64,000 nucleotides of DNA from Methylococcaceae bacterium. GTDB taxonomy: Bacteria > Pseudomonadota > Gammaproteobacteria > Methylococcales > Methylomonadaceae. Under the pieces are notes generated by a model. It was given only the letters and a program-made list of their open reading frames with translations. It was not told the origin of the DNA and did not search any database. This document shows, one piece after another, positions 57,379-64,000 of the stretch. How positions within the stretch are numbered: position 1 is the stretch's first letter; every line of letters starts with the position of its first letter. The translations under genes and the position numbers were made by a program. The stretch spans positions 430 through 64,429 of the forward strand of contig JBAXTQ010000003.1 of assembly GCA_037130115.1 (NCBI GenBank). Reading direction: 5' to 3'.

Positions 57379-57867
57379 TTATTTAATCTCGATATTTTTG
57401 CGTTTGCTTTTTTCCGTTTTGGGAATCGTAATCGTCAATATACCGTCTTTAAAAGCGGCTTTGGCGTTACTATCATCGACATTATCGGGCAAGGATACCG
57501 TGCGCTGAAATTCTCCTCGCGATATTTCACGGCGAAAATATTTGCCTTTTTCCTCTGCCTTTTTTTCTTCTTTTGTAGACGTTCTTATGGTGAGGGTTTG
57601 ATTGTTGATTGTTACATCCAGATCTTCTTTTTTAATGCCGGGTAAGGCCGCCTGAACCTCTATTTCATTATCGTGATCGAGAATATCAATTTTGGGAAGC
57701 CCCCTTTCAAACCCGGGAGGAAAATTGAAATCCAACAGACGCGGCCATCTGCGGGAAAGAAAATCATCAAAAAAATTATCAAATTCATCAAATGAAAGCA
57801 AGCTTCCGCCAGGTGTGCGGGGCATTACTTCAGTTTTTTTTGTGGTGTCTTTTTCTTTAGTGCTCAT
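57379..57867 (-). CDS. Hsp20/alpha-crystallin small heat-shock protein
   Basis: PKIDI, ALPGIKKEDLDV, REISRGEFQRTVSLP, A.FKDGILTITIPK; GGAG SD before ATG 57867. Confidence 0.93.
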   Translation of the reverse strand: MSTKEKDTTKKTEVMPRTPGGSLLSFDEFDNFFDDFLSRRWPRLLDFNFPPGFERGLPKIDILDHDNEIEVQAALPGIKKEDLDVTINNQTLTIRTSTKEEKKAEEKGKYFRREISRGEFQRTVSLPDNVDDSNAKAAFKDGILTITIPKTEKSKRKNIEIK

Positions 57868-58097
57868 AACATTCTCCAATATCTATTCAGATTATTATTG
57901 AACAGCTACGTCAGTCTATTGACGGGATTTATGGGTAAGGCCATTCGTAGAAATAACCACCCATTCTATCGTTTTCACGCTCCAGTCTCAGGCAACGCGG
58001 GAGAGGGTTGCCTGATGGATTTTCATGCCGGACTGTTGGAACTATGCGAACAGGGGGAGTGTTTTTTTGCGAATTGCCTAATAGCCGTCTTTTCTTG

Positions 58098-58280
58098 CTA
58101 CAGAATAAATTCTTGTTCTGCCTCAAGCCAGTCATCAAGTTCGTGATTTGGCTCGAAACCTCTACTTTCTGCCTTGTAATAAGCAAGCTCGGCAATTCTG
58201 GCATCACGATCCGGAAGACATATAGTATCGTCTGATGTTTCAGAATCTGAATTGACTTTGTTTTTAGTTTTTAACGACAT
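58098..58280 (-). CDS. DUF2934 family protein
   Basis: RIAELAYYKAESRGFEPNHELDDWLEAEQE. Confidence 0.85.
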   Translation of the reverse strand: MSLKTKNKVNSDSETSDDTICLPDRDARIAELAYYKAESRGFEPNHELDDWLEAEQEFIL

Positions 58281-58683
58281 CGTACACCTCTATTTTAGAT
58301 TAATTAGTGGTCAGTCTTTAATGACCCAGGTAAAACAACATGAACCGTAAGCACAGGAATAAATAGGAAAAAATGAGTATTTTATTTTCAAACGCCAAGT
58401 CAGCAAGGTTGGGTTTACACTTTAATGGATTTATTGACAGTCGTTTGATTGCCAGGCTATGAAAGTGTCCGCTCCGCCATTCAAACTTAAGCTGAATAGT
58501 CAAAATACTCTAACATTCGATCCACGGGGATAAAAATATATGATTTCAGGTAAAAAAACAATACGTAGAAATACTTATATGAGCCAACCAAAAAAACAAG
58601 TTGTTTCGTGCCTTCATGGTATTTCTTATGGCTTGCATAACATGACTTAGGTATGATGGTTTTTTTGAATTCGTCTACGGCTC

Positions 58684-61554
58684 ATGTCTTTTATTAATAC
58701 GCTCCAACCCGAACTTGATAAACTCCCTGATGAGTTACGTATTTCTGTAACCGCTACGCTAAAGCAATGGCATGAACAGTTGGCTGAACTTAATCCCGAT
58801 TTCTATCCGGCACCCGAGATTACAGGCTCCATGCCCAAGGTTTGGTGTTCCAGTTTGTTTATTTCTGAAAGCTGTCTGCGGCGACCGGAGATACTGGTTG
58901 ATTTGGTCAATTCCGGGGATTTATTAACGAATTATAATAGCCACCGTTATCAAGACAAACTGGCGGCCATGCAGATTGAGAACGAAGCCGGGTTAATGCA
59001 AAAATTGCGGCATTTTCGGCGGCGGGAAATGATCAGGATTGCGTGGCGTGATTTGGCTGGCTGGGCACAGTTATCGGAAACGCTGGCCGAGGTGTCCTGG
59101 TTGGCAGATGCCTGCATTCAATACGCGCTGGCTTTTCTTTACAGCCAAGCTTGTGAAAAACGCGGCACACCGCTACTTGCTGATGGCAGTCCCCAGCAGA
59201 TTATCGTATTGGGTATGGGTAAGCTGGGTGCCTATGAATTAAATTATTCTTCCGATATAGACCTGATTTTTGCTTACGCAGAAAACGGCGTATTACCGGA
59301 TAGAAAAGAAACCAGCTACAGCGAGTTTTTTACGCGACTGTGTCAAAGTCTGGTCAAAGTGCTGGATGAAATAACGGTGGACGGTTTTGTGTTTCGTACC
59401 GATATTCGCTTAAGGCCTTTTGGCGATAGCGGCCCCATTATCATGACGTTTGATGGTATGGAAAACTATTATCAGACCCAGGCACGGGAATGGGAGCGCT
59501 ATGCGATGGTCAAGGCGCGTCAGGTCGCAGGAGACTTTAATACCGGCGCACAACTGATGGCAATGCTAAAATCTTTTGTTTATCGGCGTTATCTGGATTA
59601 CGGCGCTTTTGAAGAACTGCGCTCTTTAAAGCTACAGATTACCCAGGAATTAAGACGTAAAGACCGCATGGATAACGTTAAATTGGGGCCGGGTGGCATA
59701 CGCGAAGTTGAATTTATTGGTCAAGCTTTTCAGTTGATTCGCGGTGGTAATGAAAAGGCGCTGCAAACGCGCGGTATTCTGGATGTCTTGAAAACTCTTG
59801 GCGAGCTGGAATTATTGATGCCAAACGATGCCGCACAGTTAATCCAATCGTATGGTTTTCTGCGTAGGGTGGAAAACCACATCCAACAATATCAAGACCG
59901 ACAAACGCATGACTTGCCGACCGCGCCATTAGTGCAGGCACTACTGGCTTATTCGCTGGATTATCCAGACTGGAACGGTTTTAAAAACGAATTGGATACG
60001 GTAAGAGAGCAGGTGCATGCGGTATTTGATGAGGTTTTTTCTCTCTCCCGGCAGGCAGTAAAAGATCAGCATAGCCAACTAATTTGGACAGGCACTGCGG
60101 ATGATGCCGAATTACTGGACTGCTTGAGTTGGTATGGTTTTCAACAGGCCGCTGAAACGCTGGCGGCTATCAAACACTTTAAAAACGCGCCGTCAATTCG
60201 GCGCTTAACCGCTAAAGGTGCCAAGGTTCTTGACCGGTTAATGCCGCAATTAATTGAGGCGATGCGGCAAGTTGATAACCTTGATGAAACCTTAAAACGC
60301 ATTTTGGGATTATTTGAAGCGGTTGCCGGCAGAAATGTTTATTGGTCATTACTGGCTGAAAACCCCGATGCGCTGGCTCAAATGATTCGCTTGTCATCCG
60401 CCAGTCCGTGGATTTGTGATTACTTATCATTATATCCGGTGTTATTTGATGAATTACTGGATACGCGCACCTTGTATGAGCCGCTTAAAAAAGGCGATCT
60501 TGATGAGCAGTTGGCTGGTTTATTAGCTGCTATTGAGGTACAAGATCTTGAGCAACTGATGATAGTTCTGCGGCAATTTAAACAGTTAAATATGTTAAGA
60601 GTGGCCGCCGCTGATATTATGGGTGCAATCCCTCTCATGGTGGTCAGTGATTATTTAACCTTCATAGCCGAAAGCATCGTGACTCATGTCGTTGATCGGG
60701 CGTGGCTTATGCTGACCGAAAAACATGGTAAGCCGCCGGGCAGCGATAATAATTCCAACGATTTTGCCGTTATCGGCTTTGGCAAGTTGGGCGGTATCGA
60801 GCTGGGTTACGGGTCTGATCTGGATATGGTTTTTTTGTATGATTGCCCGGATGGCAATGCCCTGACCGATGGCGAAAAGCCGATTTCCTGCGCTCAATTT
60901 TATGGCCGCTTGGGGTTAAAGGTTCGGCATATTCTGGATACAAAACTGTTGTCGGGTATACTCTATGAAGTTGATATGCGTTTACGTCCCAGCGGCGATT
61001 CCGGTTTATTGGTTACGCACATTAATGCCTATGAAGATTATTTAAAAAATCAGGCTTGGACATGGGAGCATCAGGCTTTGGTCAGAGGCCGGTTTATTGC
61101 CGGTGATGCCCGCTTAAAAACGCACTATGAGGCCATTCGACGCAGAATATTAAGCTTGCCCAGAGACGTGGCATTATTAAAAACCGAAGTACGTGAAATG
61201 CGCGAAAAGATGCGTGGTGCCTTGGCAACGAAAGAATTAAACAAATTTGACTTAAAACAAAGCAAAGGCGGTATTGCTGATATCGAGTTTATAGTACAAT
61301 TTGGGGTTTTAGCGCAAGCAGCAAAAAATGCAGCCTTAACCACTTATACAGATAATGTCAGGTTGCTTGAGGGCTTGCAGGAAGACGGCTTTATGTCCCA
61401 AGCTGAAGCAAAAACGCTTAAAGCGGCTTATTGTACTTATCGTGATACCGGTCACAAACTGGTTTTACAAGGCGAACGAGCCGTAATCAATGAGGCTGAA
61501 GTGCTTGAATTGAGCAAACAAGTTGAGCAAATTTGGCATAAATATATGGCATAA
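58684..61554 (+). CDS. glnE: Glutamine synthetase adenylyltransferase
   Basis: Two NT domains GMGKLGAYELNYSSDIDL and GFGKLGGIELGYGSDLD; RLRPFG, KLGPGGIREVEF. Confidence 0.96.
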   Translation: MSFINTLQPELDKLPDELRISVTATLKQWHEQLAELNPDFYPAPEITGSMPKVWCSSLFISESCLRRPEILVDLVNSGDLLTNYNSHRYQDKLAAMQIENEAGLMQKLRHFRRREMIRIAWRDLAGWAQLSETLAEVSWLADACIQYALAFLYSQACEKRGTPLLADGSPQQIIVLGMGKLGAYELNYSSDIDLIFAYAENGVLPDRKETSYSEFFTRLCQSLVKVLDEITVDGFVFRTDIRLRPFGDSGPIIMTFDGMENYYQTQAREWERYAMVKARQVAGDFNTGAQLMAMLKSFVYRRYLDYGAFEELRSLKLQITQELRRKDRMDNVKLGPGGIREVEFIGQAFQLIRGGNEKALQTRGILDVLKTLGELELLMPNDAAQLIQSYGFLRRVENHIQQYQDRQTHDLPTAPLVQALLAYSLDYPDWNGFKNELDTVREQVHAVFDEVFSLSRQAVKDQHSQLIWTGTADDAELLDCLSWYGFQQAAETLAAIKHFKNAPSIRRLTAKGAKVLDRLMPQLIEAMRQVDNLDETLKRILGLFEAVAGRNVYWSLLAENPDALAQMIRLSSASPWICDYLSLYPVLFDELLDTRTLYEPLKKGDLDEQLAGLLAAIEVQDLEQLMIVLRQFKQLNMLRVAAADIMGAIPLMVVSDYLTFIAESIVTHVVDRAWLMLTEKHGKPPGSDNNSNDFAVIGFGKLGGIELGYGSDLDMVFLYDCPDGNALTDGEKPISCAQFYGRLGLKVRHILDTKLLSGILYEVDMRLRPSGDSGLLVTHINAYEDYLKNQAWTWEHQALVRGRFIAGDARLKTHYEAIRRRILSLPRDVALLKTEVREMREKMRGALATKELNKFDLKQSKGGIADIEFIVQFGVLAQAAKNAALTTYTDNVRLLEGLQEDGFMSQAEAKTLKAAYCTYRDTGHKLVLQGERAVINEAEVLELSKQVEQIWHKYMA

Positions 61555-61620
61555 ACGGTAAACCATGCTTGATCGGTTTCGTAGATAAAAACACACATAA
61601 ACACTAATGTTGGAGAATAA

Positions 61621-62547
61621 ATGATGACAATGGACGATAGAGACGGCTTAATTTGGCAGGATGGCACATGGGTTGATTGGCGTGAAGCGAAAATCCATGT
61701 ATTAACGCATACCTTGCATTACGGCTTGGGCGTGTTTGAAGGCGTAAGAGCTTATCACGCCGAAAAAGGCACCGCGATTTTTAGAATGCAAGACCATACC
61801 GATCGGCTGTTCCGTTCCGCGCATATCATGAATATGCCGATGCCGTTTACCAAGGATGAGATCAATCAGGTGCATCGTGATGCCGTTGTCAAAAACAATC
61901 TGGACAGCGCCTATATTCGCCCTATGTGTTTTTATGGCTCTGAAGGTATGGGGCTGCGTGCGGACAATCTTAAAGTTCATGTTATGGTCGCCGCCTGGTC
62001 GTGGGGCGCTTATCTGGGCGCTGACAGCATAGAGCATGGCATTCGTATTCGCACGTCTTCTTATGTGCGTAATCATCACAACAGCACCATGTGCAAAGCT
62101 AAAGCCAACGGTAATTACATCAATTCCATTCTGGCGCTGCAAGAAGCCTTGTCGAATGGTTACGATGAAGCGTTAATGTTGGATCACGAAGGTTTTGCGG
62201 CAGAAGGCAGCGCAGAAAATTTGTTTATTGTGCGTAATGGCAAAATTTACACACCGGAAACCACCTCGGCACTGGAAGGTATTACTCGTGATACCGTCAT
62301 GACCATAGCCCGCGAACAAGGTTATGAGGTGATTGAAAAGCGCATTACCCGCGATGAAATTTATGTGGCTGATGAAGCGTTCTTTACCGGTTCTGCCGCT
62401 GAAGTAACACCAATCAGAGAACTGGATAATCGTAAAATAGGCTGCGGTAGTCGCGGCGAGATAACCGAAAAGTTGCAGTCACTTTATTTTGATTATGTCC
62501 ATGGCCGCCGCGACGACCATGCCGAGTGGTTGACTTACGTTAATTAA
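61621..62547 (+). CDS. ilvE: Branched-chain amino acid aminotransferase
   Basis: LHYGLGVFEGVRAY, KAKANGNYINS, EGSAENLF, LEGITR, TGSAAEVTP. Confidence 0.96.
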   Translation: MMTMDDRDGLIWQDGTWVDWREAKIHVLTHTLHYGLGVFEGVRAYHAEKGTAIFRMQDHTDRLFRSAHIMNMPMPFTKDEINQVHRDAVVKNNLDSAYIRPMCFYGSEGMGLRADNLKVHVMVAAWSWGAYLGADSIEHGIRIRTSSYVRNHHNSTMCKAKANGNYINSILALQEALSNGYDEALMLDHEGFAAEGSAENLFIVRNGKIYTPETTSALEGITRDTVMTIAREQGYEVIEKRITRDEIYVADEAFFTGSAAEVTPIRELDNRKIGCGSRGEITEKLQSLYFDYVHGRRDDHAEWLTYVN

Positions 62548-62551
62548 GACT

Positions 62552-63643
62552 TTGAAATCACCCCGCATTCTGGTCGTCGGCCCGTCTTGGGTAGGCGATA
62601 TGGTGATGGCGCAAAGCCTTTTTATCACGTTAAAAAATGCCCAACCAGATTGTCAAATTGATGTTTTGGCACCGTCATGGTCATTGGCCTTGCTGGAAAG
62701 AATGCCGCAAGTTGCAAAAGCTGTTGCCATGCCTTTAGGGCATGGTCAGTTTGGTTTGTTGGACAGAATCAAGCTGGGTAGAAAATTACGGTCAGAAGGT
62801 TACGATCAGGCAATCGTCTTGCCAAATTCCTGGAAGTCGGCATTAATTCCTTATTTTGCCGATATTCCTGTTCGTACCGGTTATATCGGTGAATGTCGCT
62901 GGGGCTTGCTTAACGATGCCAGAAAACTGGATAAAAGCTTACTGACCATGACCGTCCAGCGCTTTGTCGCCTTGGGCTTGCCTGGCACCGCACAGTTACC
63001 GCCTGAGTATCCGATTCCCGCTCTCGTCATTAACCGTCATCAGCAACAGGCGGTTATTGAAAAATTCAAATTAAACAGTCATTTTGTAGGTCGGGTTAGC
63101 GATAGCGTAACCCGACAAAACCCAACGACTGATGTTGGGTTACGCGCCGCTAACCCAACCTACGAGTCATCGACAAAGATATTAGCCTTATGTCCCGGCG
63201 CAGAATATGGCGATGCAAAACGCTGGCCGGCCAGCCATTATGCACAAGTGGCGCGAGATAAAATTGCGGACGGTTGGCAGGTTTGGTTGTTTGGTTCTGA
63301 TAAAGATAAAGCAACCGCTGAACAAATTAACAATCAAGTTTCCGGTCAGTGTCTTGATTTTACGGGCCGAACGTCTTTGGCTGAAGCAGTGGATTTATTG
63401 TCACTGGTTAATGCCGTAGTAACCAACGATTCAGGTTTGATGCATGTTGCCGCTGCCTTGGACAAAAAAATCATAGCCCTTTATGGCTCATCCGATCCCG
63501 GTTTTACACCGCCACTTAATGCCAAGGCTCACGTCATTTCTTTACATCTGGATTGCTCCCCCTGTTTTAAACGTGAATGTCCCTTGGGTCATACCCGCTG
63601 TTTAACGGAGATAAAACCGGAACAAGTGCTTCATGTCATTTAA
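62552..63643 (+). CDS. waaF: LPS heptosyltransferase II carrying a 26-aa in-frame REP insertion
   Basis: GPSWVGDMVMAQ, LPNSWKSA, CPGAEYG.AKRWP, NDSGLMHVAAAL, YGSSDP.FTPP. Confidence 0.95.
   Translation: MKSPRILVVGPSWVGDMVMAQSLFITLKNAQPDCQIDVLAPSWSLALLERMPQVAKAVAMPLGHGQFGLLDRIKLGRKLRSEGYDQAIVLPNSWKSALIPYFADIPVRTGYIGECRWGLLNDARKLDKSLLTMTVQRFVALGLPGTAQLPPEYPIPALVINRHQQQAVIEKFKLNSHFVGRVSDSVTRQNPTTDVGLRAANPTYESSTKILALCPGAEYGDAKRWPASHYAQVARDKIADGWQVWLFGSDKDKATAEQINNQVSGQCLDFTGRTSLAEAVDLLSLVNAVVTNDSGLMHVAAALDKKIIALYGSSDPGFTPPLNAKAHVISLHLDCSPCFKRECPLGHTRCLTEIKPEQVLHVI
63086..63163. repeat. GTAG REP doublet inside waaF
   Basis: GTAGGTCGGGTTAGCGATAGCGTAACCCGAC ... GTTGGGTTACGCGCCGCTAACCCAACCTAC, 78 bp. 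Confidence 0.9.
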
Positions 63644-63661
63644 CAAACGTAAGGTTAATTT

Positions 63662-64000
63662 TTGAAAATCGCCATCGTTAAACTCTCGGCTTTGGGTGAT
63701 ATTGTCCATGCCATGGTTGCGCTTCAGTTTATTAAAACCGCTTTTCCGGCTATTCAAATTGACTGGATTGTTGAAGAACGTTTTGCCGACGTTTTAAAAA
63801 ATAATCCGGATATTAATAATATCTTAACGGTTAATCTGAAAGTATTAAAAACCAATAAGGCCGGTATTTTTCAGCAGATTAAAGTCATTCGCAACTATGC
63901 CTTAAATAACTATGATTTGGTTATTGACGCGCAAGGGCTTATTAAATCAGCGATTATCGCCAAGTTGCTTGGCAAGCGTCTCGCCGGATTTGATGCGGAT
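63662..64000 (+). CDS. waaC: LPS heptosyltransferase I, 3'-truncated by window edge (not in ORF track)
   Basis: TTG start; MKIAIVKLSALGDIVHAM...IDWIVEERFA...YDLVIDAQGLIKSA. Confidence 0.9.
   Translation, partial: MKIAIVKLSALGDIVHAMVALQFIKTAFPAIQIDWIVEERFADVLKNNPDINNILTVNLKVLKTNKAGIFQQIKVIRNYALNNYDLVIDAQGLIKSAIIAKLLGKRLAGFDAD

Noticed and set aside
513-63419. Numerous antisense and overlapping short ORFs in the track (e.g. 513-923, 13293-13790, 42767-43234, 55898-56311, 61702-62142)
   Set aside because: They overlap well-supported genes, have no recognisable motifs and look like shadow frames.

Overview
GC-poor gammaproteobacterial chromosome segment, probably from a Methylococcales methanotroph. 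That assignment is an inference from the VPVP/PEP-CTERM sorting signal, the glnE-ilvE-waaF-waaC and trmB-thiG-aroG-folA synteny, and the REP families. Housekeeping genes (trmB, thiS-thiG, aroG, folA, ansA, coaBC, ribA, mlaC, hsp20, glnE, ilvE, waaF, waaC) are interrupted by several accessory modules. (1) A complete 16-gene extracellular contractile injection system (eCIS, 18998-46208, minus strand), with a DUF4157 polymorphic-toxin cargo, a long Ig/SprB-repeat fibre and an Ala-rich sheath insertion, but no lysis or immunity genes. (2) A metal-handling cluster (48324-56281) built like a ferrosome (fez) locus, with small GxxxG membrane proteins and an HMA2-TM protein, but centred on a Cu(I)-type P1B-1 ATPase. 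It includes a 56-aa Cys-rich gene that the ORF track misses. This is my best candidate for an undescribed system. (3) BrnT/BrnA and AbiL-like (AAA+RloB) modules. (4) A YddA/BacA-like ABC protein with a degenerate ATPase domain next to a cytoplasmic GH5. Many REP/MITE families are present, one inserted in frame inside waaF. No rRNA, complete tRNA or CRISPR array was seen.
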